Origin: Vitrella brassicaformis CCMP3155
Taxonomy: Eukaryota > Protista > Chromerida
Length of the DNA: 64,000 nucleotides
Direction of reading: 5' to 3'
Assembly (NCBI GenBank): GCA_001179505.1
Contig: CDMY01000562.1
Location: 62,001-126,000, forward strand
Positions 27,884 through 39,476 of this stretch are shown here, one piece after another. Each line of letters starts with the position of its first letter. The first letter of the stretch is position 1. The translations under genes and the position numbers were made by a program. The notes beneath the pieces are model-generated. The model searched no databases and was not told the DNA's origin. It worked only from the letters and a program-made list of their open reading frames with translations.

Positions 27884-29155
27884 ACTAGTGGTAGCTCGAT
27901 TGATTGAATGCTCGCCATCTATCCTGTCAGGCCCGATATGTTGTGCCGGGTCCACCCACCCACCCACCCACCTGTCTGTCTGTCTGTCTTGTCGTCTTTT
28001 TTCGCGGATGAGCATGATCCGATCCGATGGGATCCACTTCTTGAATGTGCCGTGGAGTCTATGCCTTCGTTCGTCCGTGCGCGGCGTTTGAGTGGCTGCG
28101 TGTGCCTGTGTGCACACGTGTGTGTGCGTGTGTGTGTGTGTGTGGATCGGATAAGCATACATGTATACTATACATGTGTTTTATACATCGATGGACCCGG
28201 GTTGAAGCCCAAACCGTCTGTCGAGGTTGCGGCATGGTGTGCTGACAAGCACTCACAGATGTGCCACACCGCTGGCCAGTGGGGTGTAGGCCCTTGCGGA
28301 TTGCCTACTCCCCTAGCGCTCTCCCTGCCTACCTCTCTCCCTCCCTCCTGGCTGCCTGACTGCTCGAGTTCCGTCTCCTGTCGAGTTCCGGACATGTGCA
28401 GTCCACACGTCGCTCCAACCGGCGCGCACAAGATTAATCCAAGGGGAACTCTCAGACTGGATGTCCATGGATCATCGCTGTGTGTGTCTGATGTCATGAA
28501 AGAGAACCTCCGGTTCTACCGGTGCTTATAATGCAATTGGGCAATTGGTTGGAAGAGAGAGACATGTCGCTAGCTCATGGACCCGAAACGTTTGTCTGTC
28601 GACAGCAAGCTGAGAGCACCTGTTCAGCGGTCATGTTATGAACATATTTGCGAATTTTTCCAAAGGGATTTGAGGGCTCATAGAGGCCAGCAAAACATGC
28701 ACGCAGAGTGACAAAATGACCTCCCGCATGTAATTGAATGCAGCTGTCATTGAGTGCATGTGTATGGATGTCGATCACACATGTCCGTACAAAATAAAGC
28801 AATGGTGGGACACACAATCAGTCATTGATTGTCTCATTCTGTGTCTCTCTCTTCACCAAAACAGAATCAGACCAAAACAGACGAGAAACAGACAAAAACT
28901 GTTGGCACAAAAGTTTGATAGGCGACAACACACACAGACATTAATACATAGACACACACAGACCGACACACAGAACGTGCATGGATGAGTGAATGCACGT
29001 TCTGCCGGAAGTCGACGAATCAGTCGTATGGCGAACACGGCCGCTGCATACAACAAAGCAGGAATGTCCATCACACTCAACCTGCACAAACGCACGCCCA
29101 CATGTTTGGAGACACCAACATCGACAAACGGGCGTGGTGATTCTCTTGGTCTTAT

Positions 29156-30514
29156 TCACTGAGAACTGAGATGAGCTTTTGAGTTGGCCAGGTCCATAAA
29201 GCTCTTGACATTCTCGTCTGGCCAGTGAACCGACAGTAGGGTGGGAAGCCGCACTTGGTGCTTCAGGCGGGTGGGGCAGCGCTGCGCGACACGCCGAAGC
29301 AGATGCTCCAGCAGACGCATGCAGGCGTGCAGGGCACAGATGCTCGTCCATGACGAAGGCTGCCCGCCCGCCGCCACTGGATGGCCGGTGGGCACACGGC
29401 AACTGAGGTCGCCGACCTTGATCATGGGCACTGGGTCAGCTGGCTTCACCTGCGTCCTCTGCAGTCGCCGGGGCGCTTGCGGCAGCTCGTGAGGCTTGAG
29501 CTTCAGCAGCGACATGAAGTCAGACACACTGCCCGTCACAGTCAACCTGACACACACACACACACACACAGAGACATATCCATCCATCCATCCTTCCTTC
29601 CTTGCAGTGTGTGTCATAGTGTCTCCTTCACTCACAGCTTTTGTGTCGGGCCGGGGCTGATTGCCATGGACTTTGATGTCGCTCGAGCTCTCGCTGCTGC
29701 TTTTGCAGTGCGAGGGCCTTGGCGCCGACGCGACGCGTGCAATTGGCTTCGGCGGCACCTCTTCCTCCTCTTCTATCTGGTCGACGGGCCCGTCGGGCAT
29801 ATCCTCGTCCACCTCATCGTCCCATCCCCTGCCCTCTCCCCCCAGACTGCCTCGTCCCCGCTTCTTGGCTGTGCCGACCTCAGCGTCGCCGTCCTCTCCC
29901 CCCTCCATCTCGTCCAGGTCGGCGTGGCGGTTGGCCTCCTGCCCGTCGTCCAGCTGGGCCATCAGCCCGTCGCCAGCATGCTGATGGACGTCAGGTCCGA
30001 ATGACGGTCGGACTCGTCATCTGAACGGTGAAAGAGGTGCAGTGAGTGATTGAGTGAATGAAGTCGCAGTGCAAGAGTGAAATGACTGACAATGCGAGTA
30101 TGTGTGTGCGTGGTGGGCGGCGCCGCTGGAAGATACGCCAGGCGGGCGCTGAGGATGGTGCTGGCATGTTTGTCGCATGATTGAGGGTTGGTCGAGTCGA
30201 TTGACGCAGTTCATTTCATGAGACACCGACAGACTCTGCCTGCCGTTGCGCCATGAAACAGGCAATAACGGAAGAAAAAAAATGACTGACAATCATTGCT
30301 TACCCTGGTGCTCCGCCTTCCGGCGCTTGTTCGCACCTGAGTGAGAGGCAGACACATGGACAAGTGAATGAATGGTGTCGTTGAACAGTGCTGCTTCTCT
30401 CTATTGGTTTCTCTGCTCACCGGTTGTCAATGACCGGCTGCGCTTTTTCTTGGATGGCTGATAGACAGATGTGAAAGGCTTTCCTTTGAGGCCTTTCTTC
30501 TTCTTTGGACCCAT
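29156..30514 (-). CDS. Unknown protein; acidic/basic low-complexity N-terminus and a possible globular C-terminus
   Basis: ORF 29156-29962 contains one microsatellite intron. Candidate upstream exons MGPKKKKGLKG...TG|ANKRRKAEHQG do not join in phase at the 30020 acceptor, so the 5' structure is unresolved. Confidence 0.45.
30113..30255 (+). repeat. Dispersed ~130-140 bp repeat, copy 1 (copy 2 at 56298-56425, same orientation)
   Basis: Shared blocks gggcggcgccgctggaagatacgccaggcgggcgctg and gtcgattgacgcagttcatttcatgagacaccgacagactctgcctg. Confidence 0.9.
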
Positions 30515-31378
30515 GGTGGCTTAGAAGGCACAGAGAACGCCTTAGAAGGATACCAACGCTCTTTATTGCTCCTATCCTGCAGCTGCTTGCTGTAAATGCA
30601 TGCGTCACCGGGGCGGGGGGGGGCCTCTGCGAGCTCCGTCTCGAGTTGAAGCTTTTGGACCATCGCTGCTGATAGATCTCATCCATACATATACGTACAC
30701 ATGACATGGCCGTCGAAAAATGCTAACAACTCGATGGTTTGTGGGTCCCAGGCCACCATTCTCGGTGAGCGGACGCCTCACTCACTTCCCCACATGTGTA
30801 GCGTGGGGATTTGCGAGAAATGCTTTCTGTGTGGACTTTTCCTTAGGTCGGCGTGACGTTCCTTATGTCCATCGGCACCAAATGGCAAACAACTCATCGG
30901 CTTCTTGGCCAATCGGCCTGAAACTCGGCATGTGAGGTCCTCTCACCAAGACGGAAATCTGTACCGTTGGGATTTCCGAGATATGGTCTGTGTGTGGCTG
31001 GAGGGCCTCACGCCATAACAAATGTGTAACCGACGTGTACAAGGTGGCCGTTGAACAGAGCCTCTCAGTTTGAAGTGGACGTCTGATACCATTGGTCTGG
31101 CAGGTAGGTGAGTCAGTGCATGTCAGTCAGCACAACAAGAAGTCTGTGTGTGTGTGTGTGGAAGGGGTGTCTGATGGTTGAAAACTGTACGAGTTTCATC
31201 TTGTGAGACTGCTTATAACTGCAGTGCCTTTCATCAGTCCTCAATCTGTGCCTTGTGTCAGTCCACTCACTCAACATCTCCCTTCCACCATGCATGTCTC
31301 TGATAGGGTGTCTCTCAATCACTAATTCTTGGGACTCGGCACAATGTGTTCTGTTTGTGACTGGATGGGAAGGAAGTG

Positions 31379-31981
31379 TCAGTCAAGCCAGTCGGACCCA
31401 CTCTCGTCTTCTTCTTCATCCGGCTCCCAATCCGAATCCGAATCCGAATCCGAATCGATCAGATAGTACCCCTCTGTGTCGGGCTCATCTTCTTCCATGA
31501 TCTCCCTCCTGTCCATTATCTCTGCCTCGCGCGCGCGCCGGGCCCTCCGTCCTTGTCTGAGCCTCGCTTCTCCGCGCCGGCCTGTGTGGAAGCCTACACG
31601 CTCACCGTCCGTCTTGTCTTTGGGCGACCGGGCATGCCCGGCCGGCTTCCTGAAGCCGGTGGGGACGCAACAGCGGCAGCTGGCGAAGAGTCCGTCCAAA
31701 AGGCTAGCCCTCCTCTCTGACATGAGCTCCTCGGGGGTCAGCTCGGCGTCGTACTTCGAAGAAGCGAAGTCCAGGATCTCGGCCGAGGTGTTTCCAGCTT
31801 CCAATCGTTCCCACTTCTCGAACACGCGAATGTAGTTGAGCGTTTCGACTGTACAGGGGACGTACTGAATCTTCCACGAGGGGTCTAGGTATGCGTGTGT
31901 ACGGTCGTGTGCCGTACACTCCCATGGCGCCAGGCACTCATCCGGACTCTCTTCGTATCGTAGCTTGCACCAGGCCAACAA
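31379..31981 (-). CDS. Unknown protein with an acidic (DS)n C-terminal tail; probably a terminal exon
   Basis: 200-codon ORF with protein-like composition and no microsatellite content. An (aatccg)n repeat at 31429-31456 encodes DSDSDSDS. Confidence 0.45.
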   Translation of the reverse strand: MLAWCKLRYEESPDECLAPWECTAHDRTHAYLDPSWKIQYVPCTVETLNYIRVFEKWERLEAGNTSAEILDFASSKYDAELTPEELMSERRASLLDGLFASCRCCVPTGFRKPAGHARSPKDKTDGERVGFHTGRRGEARLRQGRRARRAREAEIMDRREIMEEDEPDTEGYYLIDSDSDSDSDWEPDEEEDESGSDWLD

Positions 31982-32322
31982 AGGGGAGAGACACCGACAA
32001 AGGGGGAGAGATTTGTATGAGTGTCAAATTGGCGGACCGGACCAGCCAAAGGCACAGACACTTGCAAGTGTAAGCTTGACACTCTCATGTTAGTTCCGCT
32101 CAGTTCCCTGGCGCCAGCTGTCGAGCATCTGCATCTCTCTGCAGAGACATAAGAAGGGACAAAACCAACCATGTATGTACACAGGCGAAGAAAAGAAGAC
32201 GAAGTCCATCATTGTGTTCTTCCTCATTACCATAGCACCAGGGACAACCAAGCACATCCGGTCCATCGCACTGCCGACTCAGAGTCGCGACTCGAGACGC
32301 GGAGGCCCCCTCTCGGCCCCCA

Positions 32323-32712
32323 CTAGCCGTCGGCCTTCCTCGCACCTCGAACGACGGGGCACCTCGAACGACGATGGCAGAGGCGGTTGCTGCCGGCGGG
32401 CGGCTGTCGAACATTGGTGAAGGTGATTTCCTCCTCCCCATTGCCCACGTCCGTCTTCGAGAACTCTTTGCCCTTCCACAGTGCCCCACAGATGCCGTTG
32501 ACCATCCGTGCCCAGATCGACCTGCCGGGCACAGCGATGGGCAGGCCCTTCGCGAGGGCCTTGCTGCCTAGTGTGGCAAGGGGGAGGCCCGCCGAGCCGT
32601 CACCATTGAGGAACAACTCCTCGAGAGCACGCCGGTCGAGGCCTCTCAGATCCGCCAAAGTGCGCGGCACTGTCGCAGTCTCGGCTGTGGCTAAGCAATC
32701 AATGACAACCAT
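32323..32712 (-). CDS. Unknown protein, probably the first exon(s)
   Basis: MVVIDCLATAETATVPRTLADLRGLDRRALEELFLNG...ALWKGKEF has protein-like composition. Downstream exons were not resolved. Confidence 0.4.
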   Translation of the reverse strand: MVVIDCLATAETATVPRTLADLRGLDRRALEELFLNGDGSAGLPLATLGSKALAKGLPIAVPGRSIWARMVNGICGALWKGKEFSKTDVGNGEEEITFTNVRQPPAGSNRLCHRRSRCPVVRGARKADG

Positions 32713-33359
32713 GGAGAGAAGAAGGTGTATTGCAAAAGCTGGCTTCTCTCGGCGTGTGCGTGTGTGTGTGTCTGTCTGACTGACCTGCACTGTTAAGCTT
32801 CTGCATTCGCAGAGCTCGAGCACTGGTATCTCTGCCTTCCCCAGCCCGTGGGAGGCTTCGGGGGCTGTCTTGGAGGCAGTGTGGGATCCTGGAGGCTCTC
32901 ACCGACGCCATGAACTACAGACAACAGCCTGGGATGCATCAGCGGTTCTTCTCATGCACCTGTCAGCCAGGGACCCGCCTGCACACACACCTGAAAGAGA
33001 ATCATGTGGAGCAGCCTTGCAACCGAGTCCCACACGTGCCTTTCACCTAGAAGGCTGCAGACGACGAACACCGAACCCCTCATGTGGGCAGGTCGCGGGA
33101 CAAATTGAATTTCAGTGCAAACGACGCACGGGACCGTCAGGATGTGCGTGGTTACGCCCTGCCGCGCGAGAGAAGGGGAGACGAAACAGCGAAGACGGAT
33201 CGCGAAGACGGATCGCGATTCGCGAGCTTGTTGGCAGTCGGATCTTGAACCATCGAACGACGCCTGCGCATTGTATCCGGTCGCAATGTGATTGTTCTGT
33301 TGTCAAGATTGATTGATTGGCTTATTGAGTCTTGAGTCACTGAGTCATTGCTTGAACCG

Positions 33360-33802
33360 ATGACCAAGAGCACCAGCAGCTTGTTCGACGGCGTTGCCGT
33401 GGCCGCATCGGGGAGGACAGAGGTACGTATTGTACGTGTATGGCCTGCGGCGAACGAACACACGATTGTTGAGTATGGCAATTATAGATGTGTGTGTCTG
33501 TCTTTCTTTTTCGTGTCAGGTGTTCCGCGTGGCGGCCAAGGCGTCCGCCCGCGACAGCGCGGCTGCGGAGCGCATCGTGCAAATACTGAGGGTGAGATGA
33601 GGGCAGCGCGTTTCGAATGTGTGTGCCTGCTTGTGTGTCTGCTGCCTGTCAGGAGCTGGACACCGATCAGGATGGGAAGTTCAACACAGAGGAAGTGGTT
33701 GTGGCCGTCAAGATGGTGGGATGCGGTTGGCAGGCCGATCAGAGAAGGATGCGCTCATGCAACAGACAGACAGACAGACAGATGGACTCACTCTGCCGGC
33801 TG

Positions 33803-33839
<37 letters not shown>

Positions 33840-34201
33840 TGTGCGTCTGTGAGTGGTCAGCTGCTTCACGAGAGGTCCGTCACGAGGCAGCTCAAGTGAG
33901 AGTCACACACACACACACACACACAGAGAGAGAGATGCCACAGCACCCCTCCTATGATGGATGCTGCACGTGGCTGTGTGTGCAGGTGGGTGATTGCTGC
34001 GATGGCCGCCTTTTAGTGAGACTGCAGACACGCAGCTGAGCTGATGAGCACACTGCTTGTCTGTCTGCCTGTCTGTCTGTCTGTTTGTCTGTCTGTGTGT
34101 ATGGTATGCAGTGCGGCCACGTTGGCCATCATCCTGGGCCTGGTCGTTGGTGGATCTGAATGTAAGCCGACCAACCGACCAAACACGTCTCCCTCTACCC
34201 C

Positions 34202-34232
<31 letters not shown>

Positions 34233-34961
34233 GACAAAGGAGGCGACAGTGGGGGAGGGCGGGGTGTTCCGCAGCAAGCGCGACAGCAACGTCAAGATCA
34301 GGACACAGGAGGACCTTGACCTCTATGAGCTCAGCGACCTGTTCAGCACGCCGCTGGAGCAGTACGACCGGCTGGAGGCCATCCTGGTGCCGCACGGCAA
34401 CGACACTTTCGGCCACTACAGAGTGGCATCCATCCTCAACACACACGACTCACTCGCCTTCACATTCGTAAGCAAAGCAATCCCATTACTGAAGTAAGGA
34501 GCCAAACACACTCTCCTCTCCTCACCTCACCGTAGTTGGTGTCCGTCAATCCGTGTGTTTGTTGGTCCCTCTGACAGATGAGGGGCGAGGTTCTGAGTGT
34601 GCGTGCGGACGGCTACACCTTCACGGATGCGCGGGACAGGACGCTGCGGGACGTGACCTTCAAGCAGGAGGAGGACGAGGCGGCCTCGAGGCGGAGACTG
34701 ATGCCGTCCTTTATGAGTGGGGGTGGGAGGAGCAGGGGGTACAGCCCTCACCTCGCCATCAGGTACCTCACCTGTCCCTTGGTGCGCTGGATGCGCGTGT
34801 GGTGTGAGCGTCCCTTAAAGCTTGTGTCCTTTGCTGTGCTGTGTCCGTCCGTCCCTCGCTGCGCTGGTAGGTGTCGCAATGGTGCGCGGGATCCTCAGTG
34901 CCTCTCCGCCAGTGCACAACGCGTCTTCTCGGTAGGTCACACAGGGGAGGCGACTAGCTAG
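33360..34961 (+). CDS. EF-hand-containing membrane protein of unknown function; about 9 exons
   Basis: EF-hand loop ELDTDQDGKFNTEEV, then a hydrophobic stretch (VIAAMAAFL...AATLAIILGLVVG), then exons TKEATVGEGGV... and MRGEVLSV...RRRLM. GT-AG junctions are phase-consistent. Confidence 0.62.
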
Positions 34962-36154
34962 AGTCGGCAGTCCCACCCTCGTGTGTGTGTGTGTTGGATC
35001 CGATCCACAGGGCGTGACGCACTCGTTTGTGATAGGCGGGCGGCGTGTGGACGTGCCCTTTAACAGCCCAGTCATCCGCTCGTATGTCGGAGGGTCCTCC
35101 AGCTGAGTGAGTGAGCCCATGGAAGGGAGCAAGGATGAGATATCTAGATGAGACGAATGAATGGTGTGGGGCATATGGAATGCAGCGCAGCGCAGCGCAG
35201 CCAGCCGTGGGGTGCGACAGACAGACAGACAGACAGACATCAATCCAATCAATGGTCAGACATGAGTGAGTGCGATGCCTGCACGACACGGCGTGACTTC
35301 ATGCTGCACGCACGTATTACGTACGCTGCAGCGCACTGCACTGCACTGGCCTGAGCTGAGCTGAGCTGAGCTGGGCTGGGCTGGGTCGGTGCTGTGCTGC
35401 TGTTGTTGTACTTGGTGTCTGTCTGTCGAGGGTGGGGTGGAGAGAGAGAGCTCTTTTCTCTGTAGGAGGGTTTTTAGTGTCAGTGAGGACACTGCTGGCT
35501 TAGTCAGTCGCTGTTTTTCCAGTCAACTTGTTTGTTCAACGGTCCCCTCACACACACACACACAGAATGCTGCGTACCCAGCTGTTTATTGGTCTGTGAG
35601 TCGTCTGTGGCCATGCCGACGTCGACAGGCGTGGTTTGGTGGCCTTTAGTGGGTGAGACGTTGTGTCTTATTGTGTGCGTTTCGACTATGGGTGTGGCGT
35701 GTCGGTGGGGAGAGGCATGACGGGCGGACGGGTGCGCTGCATTCATTGTTTGTCGTGTTTAGTGGACGAGCCATCCGACACACACAGACAGACATGGGCT
35801 TCACCCAAATCGTAAGCAACGTCCCGATACACCTCACACGTGACCATGTGCAGACAGCAGCAAACGCGTCCGACACACAGACGCACAGACACACACACAC
35901 GTGACACACACACACAGTGGTTCCATCGATGGATTGATGGATGGATTGATGGATGGGTGGATGATCGACACCACACGTACGGCCAGCAGCTGAGCTGCCG
36001 CCAGACCAAACCACACCAGACCAAACCACACCAGACCAGACCAGACCAGCCCCCCGCCCCCCTCTCCCCATTCACACACCAACCAAATGGATCAGATCAC
36101 TCAGCCCACCCCAGCCACTCTCAAGCGGCCTCCACACAACACGCCGCTCCTCAT

Positions 36155-37217
36155 TCACTTGTTGTCTCTGCTGTCCAGCCAGGTGGCGATAGGCCTGGCC
36201 CACAGGGACGGCGTGGTCAGCAGCTTCGCTATCGTCAGGTCCTCCTCTCGGACGAACGGAAAGAACTCAGCGAAGTCGTCTGTGGGCATCTCGACCCCCC
36301 GCTCAATCGACCAGTACTCGGCCAGGAAGTAGACCTGCCGCGCACCGACGACAAAGTTGAATCCAGGCAGAAGCAGCCACCAGACAGCCAGCGGCTCAGT
36401 TAGGCCCCTGTTCGCGAACAGCTCGTTCACCTTCTTGTACTGATGGTCCACACACACACACACACACACACGGATAGAGAGAGAGAGAGAGTCCAGCACA
36501 TCCGCTGTGTCTGTCTGTCTGGGTGTGCGTACCAAGAAGTACTGGTTGAGGTAGATCCACGCGAACGCGCCCCAGAAGGCAGGCTCGAACGTATCGTAGT
36601 CGACGATCCCGGCAACCACGCCAGCCACGAACGGGGCGACAACGAGTGTGCCTCCGAGACCCTTCCCCATGAACATTCTCAGCTCCTCCTCTATCGCCCA
36701 TTTGTACCACAAGTACCATGCCAAACCAATCGGGGGAGCCAGCAGCGCGATCCACTTTGCGGCCTTCGGCCATCCCTTCGGGTCTCTCTCCTCGCCCACA
36801 ACAGCACCGAACGAAGGAAAGGCCCAGTTCAGATTCCTCGGCACACCCTGCAGCCGCACACACCGACAGAAGAACTTCAAGTCCGGTCGAGCCATTCTGT
36901 CCGTTGCAAATACATACCGGCAGCTGCGGCGGCTCGAAAGGCAGGGCCTCTTCGTCAGGCTCGTAGGGAAGCACCTCGGGCTCACGAATCGTCGGCTGCG
37001 GGGCGGTCCATGGGAAGCGAAACGCATTCAGGCGAGATAATGACGAGTAGCTAGGCCCGGCGGCGGCTGAGGTGGAGTGCATAAGAGGCGCCACAGGCGA
37101 GCGGACAGGTGATGGGGATATCGATGTGAAGGTGGGGAGAGAACGGTGGACAGCTGCGGCTGCAGAGGATGCGACGATGCCGAGGAACGGAAAGATCTGG
37201 AGCGGAAGGCCTTGCAT
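36155..37217 (-). CDS. Plastid-targeted integral membrane protein of unknown function; 3 exons
   Basis: Signal+transit-like leader MQGLPLQIFPFLGIVASSAAAAVHRSLPTFTSISPSP..., then Trp/aromatic-rich TM segments (WIALLAPPIGLAWYLWYKW, FWGAFAWIYLNQYFL|YKKVNEL, VWWLLLPGFNFVVG). Confidence 0.72.
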
Positions 37218-37420
37218 CTTGCAGAGAGGGCCTCAGATCGCCAAACGATCGACCTCGGCGACCAGTGGCATTTAGCTCGCATGAGGGCAGCGGTGGAGAA
37301 GCAAAAAGAAAAGGCTAAAGGCTCCTCTCCAGCCCTTCTCCAGCCTTGAATTCGGCAGTTGTTGTGTTTGCGAAAAGCGAGAACAGTGCAAGAAGAGCCC
37401 AAGACAAGCGTGCTTTATTG

Positions 37421-38361
37421 ATGAGTCTGGTGGAGCTACAGACACATCTTGATGACACCGGCGACAAGGTGCTATCGTTCTTCAACCCAGATCTGCCAGC
37501 CGACCCGCCCAACCGCGGCCGCTTCCTCCTCTCGGGCAGCGAGGCCTTCCTCACCGCAGCCGCATACGTCCTCTTCGTCACTCTCGCGCCCCTTCTCGTC
37601 AAAGCACTGTTCGGCAATGGCAATGGCAATGGCGAGGGGAGCGAGGATGCAAAGGCGGCAGGATGCAAGACGACTGTGCTTGGGAAGTTCGCCAGGGAGC
37701 CGATCCTGTTCGTGACGGTCATCTACAATGCGGTGCAGGTGGGGCTGTGCAGCTGGATGGTCTGGGCGGCCATCGACTACTTCTGGCGGCACAAGTACAA
37801 GCTCGTGTGCAACGCGTATGACCCACACGAACCAGGTCGGGGGGTGCACCGACCGGTGGGGTGGGATGGTGGGTGGAAGCCGGCCTGCCTGCCTGCCTCT
37901 GCCTACTTCGTGTAGCTAGCTATGTGCCTGCGTGTGAGTGTGTGCTGCGTCGTGTTGCTGCCTGCATTGTGTCTTGTCTTGTCTTGTCTTGTCTTGTGCA
38001 GGCATGGCGTGGCTCGTCTGGGTCTTCTACCTGTAAGCACAGCGCAGCGCAGCCATCCCACCCATCCACCACACCACACGACGCACACACACGGATTGGA
38101 TTGCTTCGGCAGCTGCAGTGCAGTGCAGTGCAGTGCTCTCTCTGTTGTCTGTCACGTGATGTGTTGTGATGCATAGTTCCAAGGTGTTGGATTTCCTGGA
38201 CAGCGTGTTCATCGTGGTGCGGCGCAAGTGGCGGCAGCTGTCCTTCCTGCATACGTACCACCACACGACCATCTTCCTCTGCTACTGGCTCAACGCCAAC
38301 GCGGGATACGACGGAGATGTCTACCTCACCATCATTCTCAAGTAAACCTAAGCGACGACCA

Positions 38362-38398
<37 letters not shown>

Positions 38399-38800
38399 CA
38401 GGCAGGCCGAACGAGGTGGATGGGCGCTGGTGGTCTGTCTGTGTGTGTGTCAGTGGGACTGTGCACATCGTCATGTACTTCTACTACCTGGTGCGGACAT
38501 TGGAGGTGCCGGTGCCCAAGCTGCTGAAGCAGGCCATCACGCACCTGCAGAAGGTGCAGTTCGTCCTGATGAACAGCCAGGCGGCCTGGCTGCTGGCCAA
38601 CGGCTGCCCCTACCCCCCTCGCGTCACCTGGATGTACCTCATCTATATCATCTCCCTGCTGCTGCTCTTCCAGGACTTTGCCAACAGGGAATACGGTCAG
38701 TCAGTCAGTCAGTGGGGTCTTATGGGTGGCTGTGGCTGTGTGGTGATGTGATGTGTTGTCTTGTGAGGTGCGTGCAGGCAAGAAGAAGAAAACGGCTTGA
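37421..38800 (+). CDS. Fatty acid elongase (ELO/GNS1/SUR4 family), PUFA-elongase-like
   Basis: YNAVQVGLCSWM, FYLSKVLDFLDSVFIV, QLSFLHTYHH, LNGTVHIVMYFYY, ITHLQKVQF, and a C-terminal KKKKTA ER-retrieval motif. Confidence 0.95.
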
Positions 38801-39176
38801 CTTACTTGACGAGGTGGAGTGGCCCCGGTTCAGGAAGGTCCTGCTGGCTGCTTGCTTTGAATGAATGGAATGAAGAGCAGAGAGAGGGATGCATAGTTTG
38901 TTTTGATCAGATCAGATCTGATCCCGTCCATCGCATCGCATCGACACATCCATCCATTCATCCATCAGCAGCACACATGGCATGGCCACACAGACATATG
39001 TATGTGTATTTATTTGTTCGGTTTATCTCCTGGAGATGTGTGTGTGTGTGTGTGCTGTGGGGGATGGATGGATGGTTTTCTCACTCCTGTGTCAGTCGAC
39101 TGACTGACTGACTGACTGACGCACTGCACGGCGGATGGACGGATCTATGGGGTGGGGGGGGGGGGGGGGGGGGGGG

Positions 39177-39476
39177 NNNNNNNNNNNNNNNNNNNNNNNN
39201 NNNNNNNNNNNNNNNNNNNNNNNNNNNNNNNNNNNNNNNNNNNNNNNNNNNNNNNNNNNNNNNNNNNNNNNNNNNNNNNNNNNNNNNNNNNNNNNNNNNN
39301 NNNNNNNNNNNNNNNNNNNNNNNNNNNNNNNNNNNNNNNNNNNNNNNNNNNNNNNNNNNNNNNNNNNNNNNNNNNNNNNNNNNNNNNNNNNNNNNNNNNN
39401 NNNNNNNNNNNNNNNNNNNNNNNNNNNNNNNNNNNNNNNNNNNNNNNNNNNNNNNNNNNNNNNNNNNNNNNNNNNN
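39177..39476. other. Assembly gap (300 N), preceded by a poly-G run
   Basis: Read directly. Confidence 1.

Noticed and set aside
28490-28800. Lower-GC, microsatellite-poor stretch, possibly a transposon remnant
   Set aside because: No ORF with transposase or RT motifs, no terminal repeats, and no second copy in the window.
31178-31245. Hammerhead-ribozyme-like order on the - strand (CTGATGA...hairpin...GAAAC)
   Set aside because: Stem II is not adjacent to the core motifs, and stems I and III are only 2-3 weak pairs.
35000-35900. Exon-like fragments on the - strand (LEDPPTYERM..., VYRDVAYDLG..., IVETHTIRHN...)
   Set aside because: They could not be joined into a phase-consistent model and show no homology signal.
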